In this document: positions 1 through 14,425 of the stretch, one piece after another
Layout: the number at the start of each line of letters is the position of its first letter
How positions within the stretch are numbered: the first letter of the stretch is position 1
Assembly: GCF_009914755.1 (NCBI RefSeq)
Contig: NC_060933.1
DNA length: 64,000 nt
Source of the DNA: the human T2T-CHM13v2.0 reference genome, Homo sapiens
Reading direction: 5' to 3' (one strand)
The notes under the pieces: generated by a model
Databases searched by the model: none
The model's input: the letters and a program-made list of their open reading frames with translations, nothing else
What the model was told of the DNA's origin: nothing
Translations under genes and position numbers: made by a program

Positions 1-472
1 TGACTTAGGCACGAGGACCAGTTTATCTCCTTTCCTTTCTTGCCTCCTGTCATCGGGCATGACTCATGAACGGCGCGAGTTCAACTTGTCTTCTCTTAAA
101 TCCCATCACTTCAACTCTTCCTGCCCTCCTTGTCTTGATGGGTCTCTTTCAGGGCCCCTTTGTTAAAACCAGCAAGAAGCCCAGAGCCAGGCCTTGCAGT
201 CTGAGTTGGTTGGAGCCAGAGGAGGCTGCACTCCCCACTCCAGGGCAGAGGTGGGGCCAGCACCATGGGTAGGAGTGTGCACGGGGCTGCTGAAATGCTG
301 GCTGGATCACTAGTTTTCACTACTAATCACATCCTGCTAGTGCCCTAGCTAAGGCAAACATGGTGTCTTTTATCAAAGATGTTGCCACTTTACCTTAGAC
401 CCATTGCTTTCATAGCCTTCTCGAATTGCATTCAGGAATTGTGTCTTAGGTTTGGACCCACCTTGAGGTTAA

Positions 473-1409
<937 letters not shown>

Positions 1410-2569
1410 TCCAGAATCTTTCAGACCATGCAGTTGCTTATTAATATACCTTTCTATTGTTTCTCTAAATCAGCTGGCATGCTCATTTTATAAATCCACT
1501 TTCCTGGGTCCAAAGGGAGATTTCATCAAACTTTAGAGATGGAGCAGAGGAAGAGGGAAGTTTTTATTTATTAGCAGTTATTTATTAAGCCCCCACCACG
1601 GGCCTGTACTGGGTACTGCAAACTGAGTGGTGAATGGTCAGATGTAGCACTTGCCTGCATGGAATTTACAGACCCAGACTGAAGGATTAAAATGAAAACA
1701 GGGGTAGCAGAGATTGGAGCACCCTCCAGTGGCCCTCTTCCTTCCCAAGATTAATCCCAGTAGGTGAGTTCTCATTTCCACATCTTCCTGCCTGGCTTTT
1801 GCTTGGAATTCCCTCCCTCATTGTGCTGTCAATCTCTTCCCCTCCTCTGTGTCTTCCTTTCCACAAAGACATGCCTCTGTCCCCTCTGTTCTTAGCAGAT
1901 GCGGCCTCCGCCACCCTCCCTTCATCTCACCAGCTCCTCCAGCCACCATCTTTGTATGCCCTACTCCCCAAAATCGTCCCTGCTTGCCATCTCCTCTTCA
2001 TTATCCCCACTCACCCCTCAATTCCTAAATTGTCTAACTCAGTGGCTCTTTCCTAATCCGTATTCTTCTCAACCTCATCTCTACTTTGGTTACTGTTGAC
2101 CAATTTCCTCCTGCCTTAATATATTCATTTTCTGAATGCAGAACTAGTACATGTTCATTATGGACTATGTAGAAGATGTTAAAAAGCACAAGGAAGAAAA
2201 TAAAAGCGACCTGTAATCCTACAACTCAGGAAAACTATTGTCCACACTTTAACTGTGTTTAGTTTGTATGTGTGTGTGTTTTAGCAGTAATGGGATTCTA
2301 TTTATATAAATTTTATAACGTGCTTATTATTGCATCATATTTTCTTATTGTATTTTTGCAGTATTTTCTTAGATCATCGGATATTCTTCTATAGTCCTTC
2401 TTTCCTAAAATGCTGCATTCCTTCCATTTGATTTCAGCTGCATTCAGCTTTGTTCCTCTCTGACCCCCCTTCTTGTAGTAGCCTCTCCCTCACTGTGCAC
2501 CCTGCCCAGTTCCCACCCAGCCTCCTGCACTGAGCATTCTTCTCTCACTTGGCGTCTGGCCCTGCCAGG

Positions 2570-3100
2570 CGCCGAGCTTCTGACTCCACGCAGCCAGCCT
2601 GTGCTCTCCGTAGCACGGGGCCTCCATTTCCACCAGGCTGCTGGACAAGCCCACAAATCGTGACCGGCTGACACCTCAACCTGAATATTCCCAAACCGAA
2701 CTCCTCTTCTGTTTCCTTACCACTCCCAATAGAAGACCCAACCTACAACCACCCTTCTTCTGAATGTTCCCACGAGACAGAGGCCAGAATCCTTCCAAGG
2801 CTTCTCTGCTAGCCCTACCTGCCAGCACCCCATCAGGCATTTCTTCATCTTTTCATCCTCCTCTTCTGTCTCTGCTACCAGCTGGATAAGGTCCTCACAA
2901 GTCTTGACGCGGGTAGTTTCTTCTAAGCAGTCTCTGGTGCCTCCCATCTCGACTCCAGGTTTCTCCTATAAGCGCCACTCTGAGAATTTCTCCTCCCTGC
3001 CCGGGGCTCTCCAGCCACGCTCCCCCTCTTGCTCCCTAGGATGGGGCAGGTCCTAAGACAGCACCTGCCCTGCAGCCTCCCAGGTTCCAGCTCCTCCCAC
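2570..3100 (+). mobile_element. L2 LINE fragment (degenerate)
   Basis: cacctcaacctgaatattcccaaaccgaactcct and neighbouring sequence resemble the L2 consensus; boundaries rough. Confidence 0.5.
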
Positions 3101-3884
3101 CAGATCTCTGTGGTCGTATGGTCTGCTCTCTCTCTCTCATCCGCGTGGCCAGTGGTCCAGCCAACCCCACGCTTCCCACATGTGCCGGGGAGGACCCACA
3201 CCCTGGCCTTTTCTGTCCTTTCTTCTAGGGGTGCGCCTGCCCCTCTGCCCCTACTTCGTTTCTGCCTGCCAGCACTTTATGATGCATCCCACCTGAAGAT
3301 GCCTTTGGTTCTGTTTATCCTCCCAGCAGCCTGCCTCTTCTCCTTCTGCCTTATGCTTGCTTTTGAGAGCTCTCAGCACTTGGCGCTCCCTTACAGCACG
3401 GAGGTGATTCTGTCTTACACTTCTGATGACACCAAATATCCATACTGTGTCTGCCCCTGCACTAGTTGCTTCCACACACAGTATTTATTTCACACAATAA
3501 CCCTGCCAAGTTACTATTGCAGTCTTGTTTTACAAGTAAGAAAGCAAAGCCTCTGAGAGCTCAAGGGTGTGGCTGAGTGGAGGTCAAACCCAGGTCTCCT
3601 GCCTCTGTGTGGCTCTCTTCCCTGCGCCCTCACTCCTGATTCAGCTCACCTGGGAGCCATCCTCGGAGGGAGGGGAGGGAGTGCCTGACATATCATAAAT
3701 GGCTAGAGAATGTTTGCTGAAAGAAAAGGAAAGACTTGTGTCCTGAAGAGATGAATTGCAGCTTAGTGATGATGGCACATGCTGGGGAGGGCTCTATTTG
3801 ATGCCAGGCCCGCCTGCATATCTAGGTGCGGAAGGGAAGCAGTGGTTTCCGATGCAACGCCGATACTTGGCATTGATTAAGTGA

Positions 3885-4090
3885 TTACTTTGTACTGACC
3901 AAAGCACTTTCTTTGGTGCTGTAACTACAACTGTATGAGCTAGGACCTACTGTTTCCATTTATAGAGACAAAAGCCGAGGCTCAGAGAGGTTAAGTAACA
4001 CAGCCAAGGCCACACAGCCACTACTGGTTTGTGAATCCAGGATTTGAATCACATCTGTCTAGTATCAAGGCCCATGTTTTAAACTCTGTA
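3885..4090 (-). mobile_element. MIR SINE
   Basis: gaggctcagagaggttaagtaac...ccaaggccacacagc...ccaggatttgaatc MIR core. Confidence 0.75.
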
Positions 4091-4892
4091 TGCTGCTGGC
4101 CTGCGAGGCTGGTATTGGGTGATGTGGAGCAAACATTGTTATCCCAGATTCCAGCCAGGAAGGGGCTTTGGAGCCTGCCCTGCTTTGCTTTTTCTTCCTT
4201 CTCTGCTCAGCAGATGCACCCTCCATAATGAAATCACCTTGAACTCCTTGGATACCGTGGTAGAGAGAGGGTTGGAGAACCTTGTCTTTAAAATTTTTTA
4301 AAAAAAATCACATGACATTTAAAAAATTATCAAAGCTCATCTCAGAAAATCTAAATCATGTAGAATTCTATCAACCAAAGAGTGAAAATATTACCTTTCT
4401 TTTTTCCTCTAATGCCAATACATCTCGTTGACAGTTTGCAAGTATCTTTCTAGACTTATGTTTTTCTTTTTACCAAAAAAGTATTTATTTTTAATTAAAT
4501 AAGGAATAGAAGAATATCTTTTATCTAAAAAAATTAAATAATAACAGCCAAGGCTTAAGTACCTTTCAACCACACCAGTTTGCTCATTTTTCTTCCTGAC
4601 TTTTTTCTCTGCATTTATATGTAAATGACTTACAGAAATACATCGTTGTAATTTGTGTTTTTAATATAAATTAGATCATGCCATCAGCTCATGCTTTATT
4701 TTTATGAAGATGTATATATGTCATGTAGATCTTTCTAGACTCGCGTGTGTAGACCCTCCACACTCTTGTTAACGGGTGTGTGATGCTCCGTGGTTGAGTG
4801 AGGGCCACAGGAGCCTTCTGCTGCTCAGCCTGTAGTTCTTTTACCTTCAGTTTTTCACTGAACAAAGCTTTTAGTGCATGCTTCCTTGTTAA

Positions 4893-5019
4893 CGTTGTTG
4901 GATTTAGCAAATAAAAATACAGGATGAACATTTTGAAAAAATTTTTAATTAAGAAAGGTATTTGTTGTTTGTCAGAAATTTAAATTTCACTGGGTGTCCT
5001 GTATTGTCTGTAGCAACTC
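4893..5019. mobile_element. MER53-like palindromic DNA transposon remnant (internally deleted)
   Basis: gatttagcaaataaaaatacagga ... aaatttaaatttcactgggtgtcctgtatt..gcaac ends resemble MER53. Confidence 0.7.
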
Positions 5020-5330
5020 CATTCCTTATGCACATTTGTGAGATTTGAAATAAAAAGTTTCTTCTTCAGGTCTATTGTCTGATTTTTAAAATTAAAAAGT
5101 TATGTTACAAAATATTCCAAATATATAGAAAAGTATAGGGAACAATGTAGCAAATGTCTATGTATCCACCATGCAGCTCTTCCAGGTCTTGATGTTTCAC
5201 CAAATTTCTGTCAGATTTCTTTTTTAATAAAAGAAAGAAAACATTATTGATGCCCATGCAACCCCCAGGCCCATGCCTCCCTCCTTTCCAGAGTCTCTAC
5301 TGCTCTGAGTTTGGTGTTTTTCATTCCTAG

Positions 5331-5779
<449 letters not shown>

Positions 5780-6147
5780 TAGTTCACGTATTTTCAAGGG
5801 GTATAGAATTATATTCCATGAATATACTATAACTTAGTTATTCATTCTTCTGTTGATGAGGATTTGGGTCATTTTCAATAATGCAATACTGTAAACAATG
5901 TTGTAAATAATATCCTTTTGTCTTTATGCTAAGGATTTCTCTAGGGAACAAGTTAGGAATAGAATTGCCGGTCATTTTCGCCTTTCTGGATATGGACATG
6001 TGCCCTCTGAAGTGGCGTGCAGGTTCAGGTTTGTACTCCACTCATTTTGTTGGACATTTGCAGTTTGGTCAGTGATTTGCTGTGAATGGTCTAGCACTGC
6101 CATTTTGCTTGTGGGTGATGTCTTTTTCTTATTGCTTGGGAGGGGCT

Positions 6148-6450
6148 CTTTTTTTTTTTTTTTTTTCCCCAGACAGAGTCTCGTTCTGTTGCCTAGGCTG
6201 GAGTGCAGTGGCGCCATCTCAGCTCATTGCAGCCTCTGCCTCTGGGTTCAAGTGATTCTCCTGCCTCAGCCTCCCGAGTAGCTGGGATTGCAGGCGCCCA
6301 CCACCATGCCCAGCTAATTTTTGCATTTTTAGTAGAGACTGGGTTTCACCGTGTTGGCCAGGCTGGTCTTGAACTCCTGACCTGAAGTGATCCACCCACC
6401 TCGACCTCCCAAAGTACTGGGATTGCAGGTGTGAGTCACCGCGCCTGGCC
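6148..6450 (-). mobile_element. Alu (AluSx-like)
   Basis: Full Alu in reverse; ggagggg on both flanks (TSD-like). Confidence 0.92.
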
Positions 6451-7637
6451 TGGAGGGGTTTTTTATTTCCTTATTTTGGATGTTAATCTATTGTCACTGT
6501 GCACTGCTCCCAGTCTAAGGCTTATCTTTTTACTTTGTGTCTTGTGTCTTACAAAGGATCCCTTTGGGATCCCTAGGGATACTACAAAGTATCCAAGTTT
6601 TCAATTTTAGGGTAGTAAGATTCATCAGCCTATTCTTTTATAGATGGTTTTGTACATGTCCATCTATTTCTTTAATAATTCTCTCTATTTAAACATAAAT
6701 ATACTCCACATTTTTTTCTAAAAGTTTGGAAGTTTTGCTTTTCACATTTCATCTTTAATCCATCAAGAATTTGTTTTTGACAAATTGAGGTAGGGCTCAA
6801 CTTAGTTTTTCCTCTGTAGTGACGATCAGGTGTCTGGGTACTATTGATTGACTAGTCCCTACTTCAGCCACTGATGCGTCACTGGCAGTGCCGTGGTAGA
6901 CCAGGTATCCTGTGGCTGAGAGGAGCCGGCCTTCCCCTGGGTGCCGACCAGCCGCAAGGCAACCTCTAGGCTGCTGATGCTGCTCTCTGCAGGCTTGTGG
7001 AGGTCCAGGGCCGTGTCATAGCTTGGCCGTCTGGGTGCGACAGAAACGGGAGCACTTCTGGCCCAGAGCCTCCTTCCTGATGACTTGGAACAGGGAGGAC
7101 GTACCTGCTGCGATGCGGCCAGGTGCCCTGCCTATGTGTATCTCCCATTTCCTGTCTCGTGGGCCCCCCACGGAACTGTCTTCCCTGCCTGGCTCCCTTC
7201 GGCCATCAGGAGGTGCAGAGCCAGGGCTCCTAATCCCTTCACCTCTACAAGGGCTTTTGCTGGGAATAGGGACCTGCTTTCTGCCTCCCTGCCCAACCTC
7301 AGGAAGCCATCCCCTCTGTGCCTGGCATGGCTAAGGCACCTGTGCCACAGGTAGAATGAGGAAAGGGCTATCTTGTGTAGTCCTAGATGCACCAGGCTTT
7401 AGTCTTTGTGTGTTTTTCCTACCATGCATTCTTTTCATGGTTCAATGGTTCAATCAGCTGTTTGGCAAATATCTGATTGTGTACTGTAAACAAGGCATGG
7501 GGCTAGGTACTCAGAAAAATATTCCGTGAATAAGATAAGATCTTTACTTTAAGGACCAGAGATAATAGTAAGTAGGTAACATTTTTTTAGTGTCACCATG
7601 TGCCAGGCCTTATGCTAAGTACTTCTAGAAATACTAA

Positions 7638-8378
7638 CAGCTTTATTGAGATATAATTCATATACCACAAAGTTCACTTTTTAAGAGTGTACAATCCATT
7701 GGTTTTTAGTATAGCCACAGATTTGCACAACTATCACTGCCACCTAATTTTGAACATTGTCATCACCTGCTAAAGAACGCTCCACTCATTAGCCATTCTC
7801 TCCATCAACTCTTCCTGCCCCCCAGTCCCTGGCAGCACCAATCCACTTTCTGTCTCTAGGGATTTCCCATTTCTAGACTTTTCATGTAAACAAAATAATG
7901 TAATATGTGGTCTTTTGTGTCTATCTTATTTTATTTAGCAAACTGTTTTCAGGGTTCTTCTAAGTTGCATTATGTATCAGTATACCATTCCTTTTATGAC
8001 CGAATACTATTTCATTGTATGGCTATGCCACATTTTTATCAGTTGATGAATGTTTGGATTAGTTCCTCATTTGGTAATTAAGAAAACATGCTGTCATGAA
8101 CATTCACATGCAAGTTTGTATGTAGACGCTTGTTTTCATTTCTCTTGGGTATATACCTAGGAGTAGAATTGCTGGGTCATATGCTAACTCTATGTCTAAC
8201 ATTTTGAGGAACTTCCAGACTGTTTTCCAAAGTGGCTGCACCCTGTTACAATCCCACCAGAAGTGCAGAGGGCTCGCATTCGTCCACATCCTTGCCAACA
8301 TTTGGATTGCCTGTCCTTTTAATTGTCCTGTCCTTTTAACTACCATAGTGGTTCTGAAGTGGTATCTCATTGTGGTTA
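7638..8378 (-). mobile_element. L1MB-type LINE-1 3' end
   Basis: agctttattgagatataattc 3' terminus; ORF 8104..8370 resembles the L1 ORF2 C-terminus (QPLWKTVWKFLKMLDIELAYDPAILLLGIYPREMK). Confidence 0.88.
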
Positions 8379-11299
8379 AGTGCCTTTTGTGCTTTCTCTC
8401 ATTTAATCCTTACAAATAATCCTATGAGGTAGGTATTATTTCTATTGTCATTTTTAGGTGAGGCTCAGAGAGTAAAAGAGTGACTTTGGAAAACCCTAGT
8501 ATGTAAATGGCAGAGCTGGGACTTGAACTCGAATCTACCCAACTTCAGAAATCCAAGTTCTTGCCTGCTGGGATCATCACAGAGGCTGTAGAGTGGGGGA
8601 TTCTTTCAGCCAGGCCCTAAATAATGAGATCATTTCAACAAGACAGATGCGAGAGGGAGCAACACGAGCAAAGGCAGGGAGGCAGGAAATGGCGGGGCAC
8701 AGTTAGGAAAGACCTGTCTGAGAAGGAGAACTAGAGTGGAAAGCGGGTACAGTACTAGGGTTAGACATAGAGGCCCAGAGGGGTGCAAGGCCAACAGGGC
8801 TGGGTGGTCCACTGTGTCCCTGTGCCCCGTGAGTGGAAAGGACCACCTGAAGACTGAGGCAGATGCATTTGTCTCAGGGAACAAGTTTATGTTTTTCATT
8901 TCTTTTGCTAAAAAAAAGAGACATTTCAGCTAAAGGTATAAGAAAATGATGCAAATAAAATCAGAACCGAAAAACTGAGAGTTCCTGACCTCTTCACTGG
9001 ATTAGTCAAATGCCTCTTCCTTTCACTTTATATTTGTAGAAAGCATCTTGAGCACACCACCTGTTAGGGAGTCCACGGATGGTTGGATAGGCTCCTTGCC
9101 TCTGCTGTGCCCACGCTGCTCTTATTGAGTTTAAGTGGCTCACAGTTGCCCGCTGTCTGGCCTGGGCCAAGTGTGTATGTTTCCACTGCTGATGATCTAA
9201 CATACCCAGAGGCCTATGAACTTCATTCTTGTTCATCGTGTCAGCCAGATATTTCCTTTGGAATGTCTGCAGGATTTCCTGGCCCCTTTCATTGCTTTCT
9301 GTCTGCTGAATACACCTTTGAATTGTGGGTGGGCTCTCTTGAAACACCGGTGTGTAAACAGATTGATGAAATTGGTGGTTAGCTTGTCTTTTGAGAGTTT
9401 CTCTTTGGCAAGGAGCACTCAATTCCAACGTTGAAGAACCTCTGACGGTTGAAATGATTGACTGCGCCGCTCCTCTTTAGGTGGCTTAGTTGGATAGCTG
9501 ATTTACAAAGTGCTTCTCAAGTTTAAATCCAGCGGATTTTTATTTTTCACCCCATCAAATGAAGTATTTACCATTATTTTTCTTATAAAAGCTATATATG
9601 CTCATTACCAAAAAAGCAGAAATACAGGGGAAAAAAAAGAACATTAAAAATACTCATAATCTCAACTGTGCAGAGCCAAACAGTGGTTAATGCTTTGCTT
9701 TATATTTGCCTAGATCCTTTTCTATACAGATAATTGTTTTGAAAACAAACTAAAGTATTGTACTTTATAAACCATGTTGTAACTTACTCTTTCTCCTGAA
9801 CTTTCCGTGTTAGTGTGTGTATGTGTACAAAGTTGTTTCAAATGGCTGTTGAGTCTTCTATTGTGAGGATGTCCTCTAATCATTAGAAATTTATCATCTC
9901 CCACTCTTACCTTTATAAACTGAGCCCCAATAAACATGTCAATAACGCTCATCCCATCTTACCAGGCTCCAGTTACAGAGCCCCACTTTCTGTCCCTTTA
10001 ATATGACAACTTTATTTCTACCCTAGGGTCTTCACAGTAACTGTCTCCCAGGCCTCCGGCCCCCAGATCTTTCAGGGATTAAGGGAGTCCCTTGAACCAG
10101 GGAGGCTGCTTACATTTAACCTCAGCGGTCTCTTTACAGTGAACATGCCTTACAGGCCAGCCTCAGGTAGTCAGTCCCACTGTCCAGTGGGCTGTTCAGG
10201 GCTTCCTGAACGCACATCATCCTCTGTGACTGCTGCACAGTGGCCCAGAATGTGACCTCTGAACTCAAGCTAGAGAAAGCAATCAGAGACCTGGGCTATG
10301 TGAGACAGGGGTGGGGGCCAGGTCCCGAAGGGTTTGTAGAGCCTTGTGTCGATTCTGTGGCACTGGCAGCCACCATCCCAGGGACTGCCTGGGTGCTGCA
10401 GCTCCGTCCCCAGCCATCTGCATGTTCAGTTTTGGTGGACTGTAGCTGTGGGGAAGGCTGGAATCAGCTGGACTTGCAGCTTTGGACATTGTCACCCACT
10501 TGGGAACACACTAACAAGCTAACTAGGAGTGAGATTATGTTGCATTGCTAGTCATGTCCCTGATGGCAGCAATAGCGGCAGCTTGCCTAAAAGAAATAAC
10601 GAATTATCATACTATCTTCCATGAGATATTTCCCCAGCTCTCTTTCAAAGTTAAAATTTGCTTTTACTTTAACAAAGTGATGCCTGCGTGCACAGTTTAA
10701 AAAATCAGAGTGCTCATAAGAAAATATAGCAGCCCCTGCCCTGTCTCCCCACCTTCACCTTTTTATTTCCTAGAGGCATTTATTTTCCACTTTTTAAGAT
10801 TTTTTTCCCTCTAGTACTTTATCTCCATATTTCTAAGTAATTTTATTATATTGCTTATTTCTTGATTATTTTCTTCTCTTATAATCTCCTCCCATTAGGC
10901 AGTATCACAATTTTTGGTGGATTAATGCTTAGTGTTTACATAGATTACAATGCAGACATTGAATACCACTGAATCAAGTAACATATTAGGAGTGTGTGTT
11001 CTTTCTCATACAACCTTTTATTTTTTTCTTGGAATTAATCAGACTTGTTTCATTCATTTGAGGAGTTGTCCGGGTGCCTATTGATTTTCACAGTACGTTC
11101 TTAAAATGTCTTTTTAATTTTTAAATTGATTCTTTTTTTTTTTTTTTTTTTTTGTCAAATAGCCTTAGGTGCATTGTTTTCATTGTTCTAAATGCTCTAA
11201 GGCAGTTGTCACATGCCCATCCCTATTTCTTTCGAACGAGAAAGTACAGTTCTAAATGCTCTCCCCTCCACATCCCCTCCTCCCCAGAGGTTGCTGCCC

Positions 11300-12100
11300 T
11301 GACGTCTCTTCCTTTCCCTGTCTGGGCCTGGGCGTGCTGCTGTCCTCTGGCTGCTGTGCTGTGTGGGTTCTGTTTCCTGGAGTTTATGGTTTCCCCTTTA
11401 TTGATTTAATCCTCGGTTCTGCTGATGCATCCTCCAGTAGCTTCCTCAGAAAGGGCCCCTGGGAGATAAACTTTTTAAGTCCTTGCACATCGGCAAAGGT
11501 CTTTATTCTACCCTCACACTTAATCAATAATGGGCTTAGATGTGGAATTCCAGAGTTCCTCAGAATTTTGAAGACATTGTTATCTTGTCTTTTAGTTTCT
11601 AATGTTGCAGTTAGGAAGTCTGATGCAACATGATTCCCGTCCCTTTGTATGTGACCCGTTATTTTTCTCTGCAAGTGTTTAAGGTGGTTTCTTTATCCCC
11701 AGTGTGGTGGGATTCTCGGTTCTTTCGTTTTGGGGTGGGTCTTTTTCATCCACTTTTGTGGAAACACTCAGGACCTCTTTAACACAGAGGCTCCCCCTCC
11801 CCTCCGGTTTTTATTTTAAAAGTTCTTTCTGAAACTTTTTGTTAGCTGGATGTTGTCTTGACCCTTCAGTTTTCATTCCTATAATTGATCTCTTCATCTC
11901 TGTACTTTACCTTCTGGAAGATTTCCTCAGCTTTCTCTTCCAGTGTTTACAGTTTCTAATCTCTTTATATTGTCCTCAAATTGTTCCTTTTTAAAAACGT
12001 TTTCATAATACTCTGTTCTTGTTTGGTATTTGCAGTCTATTCACTCATCCCTCTGAGGATTTAATTACAGACTGGGTTCTCTGTCCTGAGCCGGCACTGT
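11300..12100 (-). mobile_element. Ancient L1/HAL1 remnant including ORF1p-like coding sequence
   Basis: ORF 11384..11674 (ASDFLTATLETKRQDNNVFKILR...KCEGRIKTFADVQGLKKFIS..PFLRKLLED) resembles the L1 ORF1p RRM/CTD. Confidence 0.75.
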
Positions 12101-14367
12101 TTCCCCCTATTCTCTTTGCTACCTTCAAGCTCCCTTTTTTCTATTTTGGGCCCTTCTGTCATGTCTGAGCCTGTCCCCAGTGCCTGGTGACCCTTTGTTG
12201 TGGGTTGGGATTTAAGATGGAGGCACCAGCTCATGGGCTGGAGCCCTGTGGGTGGGGGGCCTGCTGGCTGGTGTGCTACACAGTGGGGCGACGAGCAGGG
12301 AGCTGGCTCAGATCGTGGGCTGGTCCACCCTGGCGCTTTCCAGAGACAAAGCCCTCAGTGTCCAGTGTTCAGGGGAGGCGGCTGGAAGCAAGAAGGAGGG
12401 TAAGCGCGGGTGGCAGGGAGGGGCCTGCCATTGCCATTCAGTGTGTACGCTTGGTTACTCAATTACCCTCGTTTCCACTCTGAAGTTGCACCTCCTCCCC
12501 CACCTCCTCCTGACCTCCAGCCTCCTTCCCCACCTGCCGGGCTTGTAGAGTCCTGAGCTGTGCTGGGTTCCTTTCTGCAGAAGATACACCTGAAACTGGG
12601 GTGGGCACCTGGGAGTCTAACCACTTTGTTTATGAACCTTGTTTCAGTCTACCCAATTCAGCCCTAAACTTGCACTTGCTCCCCCGCCCCCACCCCAATG
12701 GTGTCTGGTGATTCTGGATCCTGGGGCTCTGCTCAGTATCGGCTGCCACGGGCCCCTTAGGTCACAACCCGCCCCCTCCCCCACACTTGCTAAATCCCTT
12801 GCCCTCCGCCTTCTGCAGTGCCAGGCCTTTGTGCTGCCTCTCCCCTCTTGCTCGTCATTGTGGAGGCTTCTGCACTGTCCATTTGATTGTTGTTTTAGAA
12901 GAATCCTGGCAGGAAGAGAGATAAACCATGTGTACATTCCGCCACTGCCTGGCCCTAGGGCCCTCCTGCTCCTCCTCAGAGACAGCTCCTACTCCTGGGG
13001 AAGAAATGCTAGGAGAGAGGTTGTGAGAATGTGTGAGTGTGAGTGTGCAAGAGCATGTGCATGTGTGCACATGTGCACATGTGTATGCGAGGCCCTGTAA
13101 CAGACTCTGAAGGTTCTGCAGTCAGCAGACATATCGAGTTGTCTTGGGAACAAGGCAGCAAACACACAAGAGAACCAAAAGAGTAGGTGGCCTCAGTGCT
13201 GAAATGGATATGTGTCTCAGAGTGGTGATTTTGAAGGGGATTCACTCAGCTCAATGGATTAAATCCTGGAAATTTCATTTGAAAAACTTCCCGTTACCTT
13301 ACTTGGGTAGCTGACAGGGTATGTGGCTTTTCACACTGCCCTGATTGCAGAGTTGACTCGTTCATTTATTCTTTCAACAAGGTTTGATGGAGCCCATCCG
13401 TGTCAGGCATTGTGCTTGGCACAGGGGGTAAAATGGCAAGCAGAACAGGCACTGCCGTTGTCCTTGTGAAGCTTATAGTCCAGGGTGGGATAGCAGCGGG
13501 AGGGCAGATGTTCCTCGTACAAGTATATCATTTGTGTTTGGAAAGACCAGCTTTGTTCCCAGAGATTGGCACAGAGCCCCGGGACAACTGAGGACTTTTT
13601 GAATCCTGATGTAGCCTGACATCACTTTCCAGACTTGGTTCGCTGTCAGAGCAGATGTCCCCTTTTTTGGTTTAGAAACATTCGCGCTGTCTTTGGAGTG
13701 CTCATGCACTAAGGCAGGCACTTTGCATGTTCGTGGGCTCCTGTGCCCCGGCAGTGATGCCCGCAGGGAAAGGCAGCATGTCCACTTTGCAGAGGAGGAC
13801 AGGACTGGTTTAAGCTATTGGGCCTCAAATTCAAGTCTGCCTCTGAACTCCATGTTGCGCATGCTGCACGCAAAGCATTTGGTCCTCCACCCCACACCCC
13901 ACCTCCCCCCAGCTTCCTGATGCTGGGACCTGAGGCTGACTGCTGAGTTTGTAAGTTTCTGCAGTGCCGCCAGGTGGGCGTGGGCACTGTCAGGTAGACC
14001 CTGCCTTGAGTCAGTGGTGGAGGCTCCTCTTGACACTGTGACTTCAGCCGCATAGATAGATCATTTATCTTGCAGATCATTAGCTCTCCTGACTTGGGAT
14101 GGGAAGAATTTAGGTTATTAGGCACCTTTATGTGACTGGGTTGGGAAGACACCTCTGGGTACATCTTGTTGCTGTAGGAAAGACAGGCCAGAAATGCCCC
14201 CCTTGTTCCACCAGGGCTGCCTTTCCAGTGCTCTCAAAGAGCCAGGAACCCACATCTCACTCCTCACCCAGTACCTGGTCCTGTGGGTCCCTGAACCATC
14301 CAGCCCTCCAGGACCATTCCAGAGCCCTTCTCTGCCCAGCACTGCCTTCCTTGGAGGTTAGGGGAGT

Positions 14368-14425
14368 CTCTCTCTCTCTCTTTCTCTCTCTCTCTTCTCT
14401 GTCTCTCTCTCTCTCTCTCTCTCTT
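14368..14425 (+). repeat. (CT)n microsatellite, imperfect
   Basis: Direct reading. Confidence 0.9.
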
